A stretch of DNA of 64,000 bases from an uncultured Bacteroidales bacterium (GTDB taxonomy: Bacteria; Bacteroidota; Bacteroidia; Bacteroidales; Bacteroidaceae), in NCBI GenBank assembly GCA_902760965.1, contig CACWIN010000008.1, forward strand, positions 9,454 through 73,453, written 5' to 3'. Below the pieces are notes generated by a model, which saw only the letters and a list, made by a program, of their open reading frames with translations, was not told the DNA's origin and ran no database searches. Each line of letters opens with the position of its first letter. Within the stretch, counting starts at the first letter, position 1. Shown in pieces: positions 47,090-57,400 of this stretch. A program made the translations under genes and the position numbers.

Positions 47090-49240
47090 ATGACAGCCAA
47101 TAGACTTTTCAAATGCGTAATGCTGCTCATGGCATTCGCTTTGGTTCTGTCCACACAGAACATCTCCGCTGCTAAAAAGGTCCAGGAAGGCCCTGTTAAA
47201 GCTTCGCAGCGTTTTGTGCATAACTACGGTGGCCGAGGCAACCCTTACCTGCCCCTTTGGGAGCATGTACCCGACGGCGAGCCCAAGGTATTTGAGGATC
47301 CTGACCGTCCCGGTCACTATCGTGCATATATCATAGGTTCACACGATGTTAGTGCCAACCGTTACTGCGGTCCCGATATCCGTATCTGGTCTGCACCTAT
47401 TGAGAACCTTAACGAGTGGCGTGATGACGGCCCCGTATTCACTTATCAGGCAGCCAACGGCCGTTGGGACGTAATGTACGCTCCTGACCTGGTTGAGGTT
47501 ATCGAGAAGGACGCCAAAGGTAAGAGCAAGAAAGTTTATTATCTGTATCCCCATAGCCGTGGTCCCCGTCGTGAGGCAATGGTCTGCAAGGGTGACCGTC
47601 CCGATGGCCCCTTCACTCCCCTGAACCTTGATGAGAATGAGGCAGCCATAGCAGGTAGCTGCATCGGCTTTGACCCCTCGGTATTCATTGAGAAGATTAC
47701 AGATCAGAATGATCCCGATTACGCAAAGGGCTTCCGTGCTTATGCATATTGGGGCTTCCAGCACTCAACAGGTGCACAGCTTGACCAGGAGACCATGTAC
47801 TCCGTACGTCCAGGCACCACTCCTGTAGATCCCCTGCTGCCTGCCAGCTCACGCTACGGTGTGGTACGCGACCGTCAGGGAACCGTATATTCAGCTCTTG
47901 CCGAAGGCCAGAACCCCGGTGAGTTCAATTTCTTTGAGGCATCATCAATCCGCCAGGTAGGTAACAAATACGTGATGATATTCTCCGGTTACTCAGGTCC
48001 TGACTACGGTCTGGGTTCAACCAACTCAGCTCTGCGTTACTGCTATGCAGACTCTCCTCTGGGTCCCTGGAAGAGCGGTGGCGTAGCTGTCGATTCACGT
48101 GGTGTAACCCTGAATGAGGATGGTACCAAGCTTATGACCAGCAACTTTGCTCACAATACACACGGTAGTATCCAGCAGATTGGCGACCAGTGGTACATTT
48201 TCTACCATCGTCCTCCAAGAGGCAACGGTAACGCCCGTCAGGCTATGGTTGCTCCTATCAAGATTGAGTGGGACGAGAAGCCGGTTTCCGAAGGTGGTAA
48301 GGTTGTTCTGCACGGATATGATCCCTATGCTCCCGATGAAATCTGGGAGGCCAAGGCTTCGAACGGTGACTGCTACAGCGGTGCCGAGGTTACATCCGAG
48401 GGATTCAACATTTACGGTCTTCCCCCATATGCTTACTATTCAGCAGGTTATGCTTGCGTATTCATGAACAAGGAAGGCGGCCAGAACCGCAACTCTCTGC
48501 AGGACAACTGGGATATCTGGAACAACGAGCAGGTTTGCAACGTTGACGCAGGCGATATTATCGGTTACAAATACTTCGGTCTGGGTGGTCTTAAGAAAGA
48601 CAGCAAGGGAGTTGAGGCATTTGACGGCACAACCTCCAAGTTGCACTCATCATTCAACATATGGTTCAAGCGTACAGCCGGTGAAGGCGGTATCACTGTA
48701 AAGGTCATGATGGACGGTCCTTGGAAGAACGACGTTTGGAAAGGAAAGGAGATCGGTAAGATCAAGATTCCGGCCAACTCACCCGTTGACAAGATTGAAA
48801 AGTATACAGTCGATGTATCAGAGTTTGTTGATGATGTACAGGGCAAGCACGCCATCTACCTGGTATTTGACGCTGCTATCGATGGTGCTATCGGTCAGTT
48901 CTACGGCTGCGGATTCAACACCAAGACCACATCACTCAAGCGTCCTGTACCTCCCACCCTTAACGTAAAGATTGGTGGTAAGGATATTGAGCTTCCCGCA
49001 GAGCCTATTCACTCAAATGACAACAACGGCTACACTGACAACACTCACTACGAGATGGATTACAAGCTGGAGCCCGGCCAGAAGTCAAAGGTATCTGTAG
49101 AGTGCCTCTGGTCAACAATGCAGTTCTGGGTAGAGCAGATCAAGGGTGATGAGGGCACCGCCGTTATCACTGCCGAGTACCTCTTCCCCGGTACCAACAG
49201 CAAGCAAACCAAGGTCTACAAGATCAACATCTCAAAGTAA
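47090..49240 (+). CDS. secreted glycoside hydrolase, GH43-like catalytic domain plus C-terminal beta-sandwich (CBM-like) domains
   Basis: 716 aa with a signal peptide. YAPDLVEV, FDPSVFIE and FFEASSIRQVGNKYVMIFSG are spaced as in five-bladed GH43 enzymes. Family assigned by eye. Confidence 0.55.
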   Translation: MTANRLFKCVMLLMAFALVLSTQNISAAKKVQEGPVKASQRFVHNYGGRGNPYLPLWEHVPDGEPKVFEDPDRPGHYRAYIIGSHDVSANRYCGPDIRIWSAPIENLNEWRDDGPVFTYQAANGRWDVMYAPDLVEVIEKDAKGKSKKVYYLYPHSRGPRREAMVCKGDRPDGPFTPLNLDENEAAIAGSCIGFDPSVFIEKITDQNDPDYAKGFRAYAYWGFQHSTGAQLDQETMYSVRPGTTPVDPLLPASSRYGVVRDRQGTVYSALAEGQNPGEFNFFEASSIRQVGNKYVMIFSGYSGPDYGLGSTNSALRYCYADSPLGPWKSGGVAVDSRGVTLNEDGTKLMTSNFAHNTHGSIQQIGDQWYIFYHRPPRGNGNARQAMVAPIKIEWDEKPVSEGGKVVLHGYDPYAPDEIWEAKASNGDCYSGAEVTSEGFNIYGLPPYAYYSAGYACVFMNKEGGQNRNSLQDNWDIWNNEQVCNVDAGDIIGYKYFGLGGLKKDSKGVEAFDGTTSKLHSSFNIWFKRTAGEGGITVKVMMDGPWKNDVWKGKEIGKIKIPANSPVDKIEKYTVDVSEFVDDVQGKHAIYLVFDAAIDGAIGQFYGCGFNTKTTSLKRPVPPTLNVKIGGKDIELPAEPIHSNDNNGYTDNTHYEMDYKLEPGQKSKVSVECLWSTMQFWVEQIKGDEGTAVITAEYLFPGTNSKQTKVYKINISK

Positions 49241-49275
49241 ATTGAAAATTGAGAATTGAGAATTGAGAATTAAAA
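49241..49275. repeat. heptanucleotide tandem repeat (ATTGARA x5)
   Basis: ATTGAAA ATTGAGA ATTGAGA ATTGAGA ATTAAAA, starting at the base after the GH43-like stop codon. Confidence 0.9.
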
Positions 49276-49276
49276 A

Positions 49277-49306
49277 GAACCTGCGTTTCCACGTAGGTTC
49301 TTTTTT
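49277..49306 (+). terminator. intrinsic terminator of the GH43-like gene
   Basis: GAACCTGCGT-TTCC-ACGTAGGTTC (one mismatch) followed by TTTTTT. Confidence 0.7.
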
Positions 49307-49384
49307 GCACATAGGACCCGTGCCATAGCGAACGGTAGTGAGCGTGTTTACGGAGTAAACTAAAAATAGGTTGGTTGACCAAGC

Positions 49385-49412
49385 GGGTCCGGGTGGTTTG
49401 AATCCCTCTTCT
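49385..49412 (+). other. degenerate inverted copy of the tRNA-Ser 3' end (T-arm + acceptor strand)
   Basis: The plus strand GGGTCCGGGTGGTTTGAATCCCTCTTCT compares with the tRNA (minus strand) GGGTCCGGGGGTTCGAATCCCTCTTCT. The differences are one substitution and one inserted base. Confidence 0.6.
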
Positions 49413-49416
49413 GGAG

Positions 49417-49451
49417 AAAAAATTAGGGCCGCGTTAAGCGACCCTTTTTTT
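49417..49451. terminator. bidirectional terminator (A-tract, hairpin, T-tract) just 3' of tRNA-Ser
   Basis: AAAAAA-TT-AGGGCCGCG-TTAA-GCGACCCT-TTTTTT. Confidence 0.65.
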
Positions 49452-49452
49452 G

Positions 49453-49537
49453 CGGAAGAAGAGGGATTCGAACCCCCGGACCCGTGAAGGTCAACGGTTT
49501 TCAAGACCGCCGCATTCGACCACTCTGCCATCCTTCC
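49453..49537 (-). tRNA. tRNA-Ser (anticodon UGA)
   Basis: The minus strand reads GGAAGGATGGCAGAGTGGTCGAATGCGGCGGTCTTGAAAACCGTTGACCTTCACGGGTCCGGGGGTTCGAATCCCTCTTCTTCCG. It has a 7-bp acceptor stem, a CT-TGA-AA anticodon loop, a long variable arm and a GTTCGAATC T-loop. Confidence 0.93.
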
Positions 49538-49626
49538 AAACTAGGCACAGAGTATTTGAAAGATTTGCTCTGGGGGCCGATGCCGCATCGCAGGAGGAGG
49601 TCAACTCCAACGTACAGAAAGGCATA

Positions 49627-50871
49627 ATGATTAAGGGCACAAACCTTTGGGTCCTTATATTTGCCATATTCATTGCCTCGCTTGGCCTTAACACCAACTC
49701 TACCGCAGTAATTATAGGCGCCATGCTCATATCCCCTCTTATGGGTCCTATCATAGGAATGGGTTATTCAATGGGCGTGTATGACTTTGCACTGCTCAAG
49801 GAATCATTCCGCAACTTTATCATAATGATTGTGGTAAGCCTTATCACATCGGCCATTTTCTTTACTCTCCCGCTTATCAGCGCTACACAGAGTGAGCTGT
49901 TGGCCCGAACCCAACCTACCACATATGACATACTGATTGCACTCTTTGGCGGTCTGGCAGGTATGGTTGCGCAAACCCGTAAGGACCGAACCGGCACCGT
50001 CATTCCAGGTGTTGCTATTGCGACAGCCCTGATGCCTCCGCTCTGCACGGTGGGTTACGGACTTGCAACATTCCAGTTCCGATTTATGCTGGGTGCCCTT
50101 TACCTGTTTACCATAAACTCCATATTCATTGCCCTGGCATCGTTCATTGTCACCAGAGTAATGAAATTCAAGATGATAGGTGAACTTGACCCGTTAAAGA
50201 TCAAGAAACTTAAGAGCGCAATGATTGCCGTGATTATTCTTGTAACATTCCCCAGCATCCTGATAGCCATCTCCATCATCAAGCGTTCAAACTTTGAGGC
50301 CAACTACAAACACTTTGTCGAGGAGGCGTTCAATTATGACAACACATTTGTGGTTGAATCATCGGCCGAATACAATCCCGGACGCAAAAAACAATCCGTA
50401 ATTGAGGTGCGTCTGTTTGGCGAACCGCTATCGGAGAATGTGGTAAACAATATCCGCGGACAGATGTCAAGCGTTTATCATCTGCCCAAAGTTGACCTGG
50501 TAGTACGGCAGTCCAACCAGGAGGGCGGCGGAATAGCCATTACGGCCCTGCAAAGCAACTATACCGATATGCTTAACGAAAAGAACCTGCAGATATCACG
50601 CCTGCAGGAGCAGTTGTCGTCCATTCGTGCCGTCGATACACTGGCCGTAAGCAATATGACCCGTGAACTTGGCATATTTGTACCTCAAATAGACGATATG
50701 TCCATGTCACGCCACATATCATACAACACAAACGGCACCCCAACAGATACAACATATCTGTGCATCATCAAGTTCCAGCAGGATATTGAGGAACAGCCCG
50801 ATATGGACCTGATAAGACATTGGCTCACCAATAGGACTGGCACAGCCAACATTAAGATACTTGTTGAATAA
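49627..50871 (+). CDS. DUF389-family integral membrane protein
   Basis: The ORF opens at 49450 on top of the tRNA, and the first plausible start is the ATG at 49627 (MIKGTNLWVLIFAIF...). STAVIIGAMLISPLMGPI and GVAIATALMPPLC blocks are typical of DUF389, and the C-terminal half is soluble. Confidence 0.55.
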   Translation: MIKGTNLWVLIFAIFIASLGLNTNSTAVIIGAMLISPLMGPIIGMGYSMGVYDFALLKESFRNFIIMIVVSLITSAIFFTLPLISATQSELLARTQPTTYDILIALFGGLAGMVAQTRKDRTGTVIPGVAIATALMPPLCTVGYGLATFQFRFMLGALYLFTINSIFIALASFIVTRVMKFKMIGELDPLKIKKLKSAMIAVIILVTFPSILIAISIIKRSNFEANYKHFVEEAFNYDNTFVVESSAEYNPGRKKQSVIEVRLFGEPLSENVVNNIRGQMSSVYHLPKVDLVVRQSNQEGGGIAITALQSNYTDMLNEKNLQISRLQEQLSSIRAVDTLAVSNMTRELGIFVPQIDDMSMSRHISYNTNGTPTDTTYLCIIKFQQDIEEQPDMDLIRHWLTNRTGTANIKILVE

Positions 50872-50885
50872 ACCATTCAAATACA

Positions 50886-53444
50886 ATGATTTACCCTGAC
50901 AACTTTGAACATAAGACCGGTTTTGACGAAATAAGGCAGATGCTTTCTGACCGATGCATCTGTCCTCTTGGAGCGCAGCTAGTCCAGGAGATGCAGTTCC
51001 TAACCGATTTTGGTCCTGTCGAAAAGGCATTGGACCAGACTATGGAGTTTGTCAGGATACTCACCCAAGGCAAGTCTTTCCCCGACCAGAACTACCACGA
51101 CCTGCGCGAGGCTCTGGCCCGAATCAAGGTCATCGGCACCTGGATGGACGAGACCGAACTGCTGGGTTTGTGGCGCTCGTTGGAAACCATTAGCGGAATA
51201 GTTGAATTCCTGAATAAAGAAGAGAATCAGGGCCTATACCCCAACCTGTCGGAACTGGCATCAAGCGTGGCGCTTTTCCCGGCAATAACGCAGGGAATAA
51301 GCCGCATATTGACCAAATTCGGCAAGCTGAAGGACAACGCATCGCCCGAGCTGTACCGCATACGCATGGACCTGGCCAACACCTCATTCAGCATTTCACG
51401 TATCCTGAACGGTATCCTTAAACAGGCCCAGGCCGATGGATATGTCGAAAAGGATGCCGCTCCGACCATGCGTGACGGCCGTCTGGTACTCCCCGTTGCT
51501 CCTGGACTCAAGCGCAAGATTCGCGGAATTGTTCATGACGAGTCTGCATCGGGCAAAACCGTATTTATTGAACCGGAGGAGGTGGTCGAGGCCAACAACC
51601 GCATTCGCGAACTTGAGGCCGATGAACGCCGCGAGGTTACCCGCATCCTGATTGCATTCACTGATTCAATACGCCCGGAAATTCCGTCAATACTGGAGTC
51701 ATACGCATTCATGGCTCAGATAGACTTTATCCGCGCCAAGGCTCGTCTGGCAATTGATTTTGACGGATGCAAGCCCATTCTTGAACACAAGACCGTGGTT
51801 GATTGGGTCCAGGCCGTGCATCCGCTGCTCAAGCAGTCCCTTGCAAGACATGACAAGACAGTGGTCCCTCTGGATATTGATCTGGATTCAAAGAACAGCA
51901 TATTGCTTATATCGGGCCCCAATGCAGGCGGTAAATCGGTCTGCCTTAAGACCGTAGGATTGTTGCAGTACATGCTCCAATGCGGAATTCCAGTGCCGAT
52001 GCGACCCAACAGCCACGCCGGCATATTCAAGAGCATTTTCATAGACATAGGCGATGAGCAGAGCATTGACGACGATTTGAGTACCTACTCCAGCCACCTG
52101 CTCAACATGAAAAACATGCTCAAGTATGCCGATAACCGCAGCCTGATACTTATTGATGAGTTTGGAAGCGGTACCGAACCCGGAATAGGCGGTGCCATAG
52201 CCGAGGCCGTCCTGTCACGGTTTAACCGCAACCGCGTGTTTGGCATAATCACCACCCACTATCAGAATCTTAAGCATTTTGCCGATGGCAACGAAGGCAT
52301 TCGTAACGGCGCCATGCTTTACGACCGCCATCTTATGCAACCCCTTTATATTCTGCAGATTGGAAATCCCGGCTGCTCGTTTGCCGTTGAGATTGCCCGC
52401 AAGATAGGTCTGCCCGAGGATGTGATTGAGGATGCCACGCAGATTGTAGGCCGCGATTACGTGAATGCCGACAAGTATCTGCAGGATATTGTCCGTGACA
52501 AACGTTATTGGGAAAACAAGCGCCAGAACGTGCATCAGCTTGAAAAACAGCTTGACCAACAGATTGAGCAGCACCGTCAGGAACTGGAATCACTGCAAAA
52601 GGAACGTAAATCAATCATTCGTGAGGCCAAGGAGAAAGCCGATCAGCTTATCCAGGACTCCAACGCCATGATTGAGAACACAATACGCACCATCAAGGAG
52701 GCTCAGGCCGATAAGGAACTTACCCGTCTGGCACGTCAGGAGCTTACCGAATTCAAGGAGACCATTGATGACCGTCAGGCCAACTCCGAGGAGGAACTCA
52801 AGATACAGCGCAAGATGGAGCGCATCCGCCAAAGTCAGGAGCGCCGCGACCAACGCAAGCGTGACAAACTTAAGGAGCATCGCCCACAGCCCGCTGCCAA
52901 CGCACCGGATGGTAGCCTCGCACCGGATGGCAGCCACGCACCGGATGGCAGCCAACGCCAAAGCCAACGCCAAAGTCAAACCATCAAGGTTGGTGACACG
53001 GTCCGCCTGGCCGGTCAGACCCAGGTTGGCGAGGTTATATCGGTCAACAAGAGCGATGTTACCGTTGCATTCGGCCTTATCAAGACATCGGTCAAGGCAA
53101 ACCGTCTGGAGCCGGCTCAGCCTGTCAAGGTTCAGGATGTCCGCACCGCCACATATGTGAGTAAACAGACCCACGATGACATATACAACCGCAAACTGGC
53201 TTTCAAGCCCGATATTGACGTGCGCGGCATGCGGGGTGATGAGGCAATCCAGACTGTAATGCACTTTATTGACGATGCCACGCTCATCGGCATGAGCCGC
53301 GTCCGCATCCTGCACGGCACGGGCAACGGCATACTGCGCAACCTTATCCGCCAGTATCTGCACACCGTTCCCGCCGTCAAGGACTACCACGACGAGCACA
53401 TCCAGTTTGGCGGCCACGGAATAACAGTAGTAGACCTTGGGTAA
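50886..53444 (+). CDS. mutS2: endonuclease MutS2 (MutS ATPase + Smr domain)
   Basis: 852 aa with Walker A LLISGPNAGGKS and Walker B LILIDEFGSGTEP. A coiled-coil linker precedes the C-terminal Smr domain (DVRGMRGDEAI...RILHGTGNGILR). Confidence 0.92.
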   Translation: MIYPDNFEHKTGFDEIRQMLSDRCICPLGAQLVQEMQFLTDFGPVEKALDQTMEFVRILTQGKSFPDQNYHDLREALARIKVIGTWMDETELLGLWRSLETISGIVEFLNKEENQGLYPNLSELASSVALFPAITQGISRILTKFGKLKDNASPELYRIRMDLANTSFSISRILNGILKQAQADGYVEKDAAPTMRDGRLVLPVAPGLKRKIRGIVHDESASGKTVFIEPEEVVEANNRIRELEADERREVTRILIAFTDSIRPEIPSILESYAFMAQIDFIRAKARLAIDFDGCKPILEHKTVVDWVQAVHPLLKQSLARHDKTVVPLDIDLDSKNSILLISGPNAGGKSVCLKTVGLLQYMLQCGIPVPMRPNSHAGIFKSIFIDIGDEQSIDDDLSTYSSHLLNMKNMLKYADNRSLILIDEFGSGTEPGIGGAIAEAVLSRFNRNRVFGIITTHYQNLKHFADGNEGIRNGAMLYDRHLMQPLYILQIGNPGCSFAVEIARKIGLPEDVIEDATQIVGRDYVNADKYLQDIVRDKRYWENKRQNVHQLEKQLDQQIEQHRQELESLQKERKSIIREAKEKADQLIQDSNAMIENTIRTIKEAQADKELTRLARQELTEFKETIDDRQANSEEELKIQRKMERIRQSQERRDQRKRDKLKEHRPQPAANAPDGSLAPDGSHAPDGSQRQSQRQSQTIKVGDTVRLAGQTQVGEVISVNKSDVTVAFGLIKTSVKANRLEPAQPVKVQDVRTATYVSKQTHDDIYNRKLAFKPDIDVRGMRGDEAIQTVMHFIDDATLIGMSRVRILHGTGNGILRNLIRQYLHTVPAVKDYHDEHIQFGGHGITVVDLG
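52902..52979. repeat. in-frame tandem repeats in the MutS2 linker (3 x 18 bp, then 2 x 12 bp)
   Basis: GCACCGGATGGTAGCCTC, GCACCGGATGGCAGCCAC and GCACCGGATGGCAGCCAA are followed by CGCCAAAGCCAA and CGCCAAAGTCAA. Translated, this is APDGSL APDGSH APDGSQ RQSQ RQSQ. Confidence 0.95.
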
Positions 53445-53453
53445 AATTGAGAT

Positions 53454-54290
53454 ATGAAGAAAATTGGTCCACATGTATCGGCTTCGGGAGGCGTTTTCAA
53501 CGCTCCCATCAACGCAGTTTCTGTTGGGGCTTCGGCCTTTGCTTTGTTTACCAAGAACCAGCGGCAGTGGTTTAGTACACCTCTGCAATCTGCTGAAATT
53601 GAACGGTTTAAGGCTGAGGTTTTGAAGTCAGGAATTGAGGCTCGATACATACTTCCTCATGACAGTTACCTTATAAATCTGGGCAGTCCTGATCCTGAGG
53701 GATTGGAAAAATCACGCTCATCGTTCCTTGAAGAGATGCAGCGTTGCGAGCAGTTGGGTCTTACCATGCTCAACTTTCATCCCGGCAGTCACCTCAAGCA
53801 GATTACCCCCGAGGAGTGCATGGACCGTATAGCCGAGAGTATCAATATAACCCTTGAAAAGACCAGCGGCGTAACTGCAGTAATCGAGAACACCGCAGGA
53901 CAAGGCTCCAACATCGGTTTTGCATTCTGGCAGATAAAGCGTATCATTGACGGTGTGGCCGATAAATCCCGCGTGGGAGTGTGCATCGACACCTGTCATA
54001 CCTACACCGCCGGCTACGACCTTAAAAACGCCTATGAGAGCGTCTGGGAAGAGTTTGATAACGAGGTTGGAATGAATTACCTGCGCGCCATCCACCTGAA
54101 CGACAGCAAGAAAGAGCTAGGGTCCCGCGTAGATCGCCACGACTCCATCGGCAAAGGCTTCCTCGGTCTTGACTTCTTCAAAAAGATCATGCAGGATAAG
54201 AACTTGGATCACATCCCCTTCATCCTGGAAACCCCCGACGAAACTCTCTGGCCTCAAGAAATCACACTCCTCCACTCCCTGGAGCAGTAA
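53454..54290 (+). CDS. nfo: deoxyribonuclease IV (endonuclease IV)
   Basis: 278 aa. The N-terminal [10 protein letters not shown], plus [21 protein letters not shown] and HLNDSK, are metal-ligand blocks of Nfo. Confidence 0.92.
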   Translation: MKKIGPHVSASGGVFNAPINAVSVGASAFALFTKNQRQWFSTPLQSAEIERFKAEVLKSGIEARYILPHDSYLINLGSPDPEGLEKSRSSFLEEMQRCEQLGLTMLNFHPGSHLKQITPEECMDRIAESINITLEKTSGVTAVIENTAGQGSNIGFAFWQIKRIIDGVADKSRVGVCIDTCHTYTAGYDLKNAYESVWEEFDNEVGMNYLRAIHLNDSKKELGSRVDRHDSIGKGFLGLDFFKKIMQDKNLDHIPFILETPDETLWPQEITLLHSLEQ

Positions 54291-54296
54291 ACCCAG

Positions 54297-54394
54297 AGGG
54301 GCACAAAGGGGACGGTTCTTTTTGTGCCCCTAGTTACAACACCTCCTAGAGCCATATTTAGGGGCACAAAAAGAACCGTCCCCTTTGTGCCCCT
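54297..54394. repeat. 98-bp double-hairpin repeat, copy 1
   Basis: The 35-nt unit AGGGGCACAAAGGGGACGGTTCTTTTTGTGCCCCT (54297-54331) is itself an 11-bp stem with a 13-nt loop. A 28-nt spacer follows, then the exact reverse complement (54360-54394). The copy sits between the convergent nfo and HTCS genes. Confidence 0.95.
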
Positions 54395-54409
54395 CGGTGC
54401 CGCTCTAAA

Positions 54410-57400
54410 TCACTGAGCGTTTTTTTCGTCTTCTTCAAGCTGACGGATGAATTCCGTGGGACTGACGCCGTAATACTGCTTAAAGGTGGTTGAGAAGTGC
54501 GTCTGAGATGAGAATCCCACGCTATAAGCAATCTGAGAAACATTTACGCGCTTTTCCTTGAGCAGCTTCATAGCCTGCTGCATACGGATATTCTGAAGGA
54601 ATCTTGCAGCCGAGAACCCGGTAAGCTCCTTAAGCTTGCGGTGCAGCTGAGTACGGCTCAACCCCACCTCATCGACCAGCTGCGTAATATTGAAATCGCT
54701 GTTTGAGATATTCTTGTTTACAATAGCCATCAACCGTTTCATAAACAGCTCGTCACTGGACTCAAAATTGACCGGCGTAACCTTTTCGGCCTGTTCCTGC
54801 TGCCCCGAGTACTTGCCCTTAACAATCAGACGGTTGTTGATCAAATTAGCCATGACCGATTTCAACTCGCTTATATAGAACGGTTTAGGCAGATAACTAT
54901 CGGCTCCGGTATCAAATCCCATCATGCGGTCCTGCAATTTGTTTTTACCCGATAACATAATGACCGGAATATGACTTACCAGCGAATTGCCCTTAAGAGC
55001 CTTGACCAGCTGCATACCGTCCATCTCGGGCATGACCACATCGGTAATGATAAGGTCCGGCATCTGCGATACCGCCAGCTTAAGGCCCTCGTTTCCGTTA
55101 CGTGCGGTAATTATCTTATAGCTGTGCTTAAGGCTGTCCGAAAGGTAATCCAGCATGGAATCGTCATCATCCACAACCAGCACTTTAATAGTACCCTTGG
55201 TCTGATTTGTATCCTGCGGCTCATCAAAATCCATACTTGTCCTGGTACGTTCAAGCTGCTGACGCGATGTCTGTTCGGCATCCACAATATCCTCCTGCGG
55301 GATATGCTTGTTTCCAAGCGGCAGTCGGAAAGAGAACACGCTTCCGCTCTGTCCGTCAATACGGTTGCCGGCCTTAATGGTTCCATGATGCATATTAATA
55401 AGCATCTGACTGTAATTCAGGCCGATACCCATACCCATTGTAGTACTTGTAAGCTTATTGTCGGCACGGTAAAAACGCTGGAAAATCCTGTTTATATCCT
55501 CCTTGTCCAACCCCACTCCGGTATCAGTTATTGACACCTCAACATAGTTGTGAAGCGGCCCGCTATCGTGGTCATCGGTCCCCACCTCAAGATTGATCTC
55601 TATTGAGCCATCATCGGGGGTATATTTGAACGCATTTGACAGCAGGTTCATCATTACCTTGTCTATACTGTCGCGGTCTATCCACACCGGCTGCTCAACC
55701 ATGGAGTGATTAAAGCTGAAATTAATGTTCCTGCGCTCGGCAGTCTGAGTGTACAGCTCAAAAGGTCCCATAAGGAAATTAACAAGGTCCGTCTCGGCAA
55801 AATGAAGCTGCATCTGGCCCTCGTCGTACTTACGCATATCCAACAGCTGGTTAATGAGCGACAGGATCCTGGTTGAGCTGCGGTGCATCTGACGCAGGTT
55901 TGACTGGATTTCGGGCGCCAGGCTGTCATCCCTGAGCATATCCTCGAGCGGCGATATCACCATAGTCATAGGAGCGCAAATCTCATGCGCTACATTAATG
56001 AATGACTGGAACTTGGCCTCATCCATCTCCCTCTCGCGGCTCTTGCGGCGCAGCAGGATAATCACCATCATGATAGCCAGCACAATGATCACATAAATGC
56101 AAATTGCGACCGATGTAGCATACCACGGGGCCTCAATCTTGATGATATATGTCTTTGGGTTCGATACAATGTCATTCAGCCTGGCCCTGACAGAGAGCGT
56201 GTATCGGCCAAAACCAAGCTGCGAGAACGTGAATCGGTTCAATCCCGCCGGGTTGCTGGTCCATTCGTTCTTTTCGGGGTTCAGGGAGTACTCGTAAATA
56301 AGACTCATCTCGTCGCCGTAATTGAGCGTACTGAATTCAAGGGTGAACGAATTGTCCCTGTATGCCAGCCTGAAGAACTCCGATACATTGAGCGGTTTTT
56401 CCGAAATCTTTTTGCCGCCCGACAACGATTCCGATGTAATTCGCTGACCGTTAAGGTAAAAGCCCGTCAGGATAGGCCTGTTGACCGATGACTCGGTGGT
56501 AATCCTGTAAGGCCAGAACGATGTAATACCTACGTTGCTGCCAAAATACGCCTTGTCATCGGTCGATGAAAATGCCGAAACACGGTTAAACGCCTTTTCC
56601 TCGGTGTAGTATCGGCTTACCTCGTAATCCTCGGGGTTTATGCGGTTAATGCCACCGGGGGTTGCAACCCAAATGTAGCCGTCGTTATCCTTTACAATGC
56701 CTCTTATATCGTCACTCGAGAGGCCCGATGCAGTATTGAGCAGGCGTGCATCGCCGTTCCGGGAATTGTACACAATCAGGCCCTTGGTGGTGCCGAACAG
56801 CATCACACCCTCCTTTTGTTCCATTATGCACGAACAGCCCGATGTACCCATAACAGCCTGCAGTTTGCTGTTGTTCAGGAATGTATTGTTCACAATATCA
56901 AAGCAGTCGGCACCATTGTCATGACCTATCCACAGGCGGTTGTAGCTGTCCACAACCATGATATGGATCCAGTCATTTGAAAGCCACTGACCGTTCTTGC
57001 CGCTCTTGGCAAATGTTGTGTACAGTTCCGTCTTCATGCTATTGGGATCCAGACGGCTGAATCCGTTGCCCTGTTCAGAGTAATAGATACGCCCCTGAAT
57101 ATCCTCGGCTATCGATGACACATTGGAATAGTCATCACGCACCACGGTCCTGAGCATTCCGTTGTTGGTATTGAGCAGAGCCAATCCTCCACTGGGTAAA
57201 CCGGCCCAGATCCTGTTACGGCTGTCACGGAACAGACAACTTATATAAGGAGAATTGCGTCCGTCTTTCAACACTCGTCCGTCACTTGACAGGCAGGTAA
57301 GACCGTTGTTGTTATATCCAACCCACAGACGGCCTTGTGTATCGGTCACCATTGCCGTTACTGTACCGGACACATCCTGCTGATAATCAGCAAATTTCCA

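Noticed and set aside
49232-49531. 99-aa minus-strand ORF, and the first 59 codons of the 49450 plus-strand ORF
   Set aside because: Both are read through tRNA-Ser and its terminator. The peptide AEWSNAAVLKT...GGSNPS is a translated tRNA.
52611-53588. 325-aa minus-strand ORF spanning the mutS2-nfo junction
   Set aside because: It is antisense to two strongly supported genes and crosses their intergenic gap. It has no motifs and is a shadow ORF favoured by local GC-rich codon structure.
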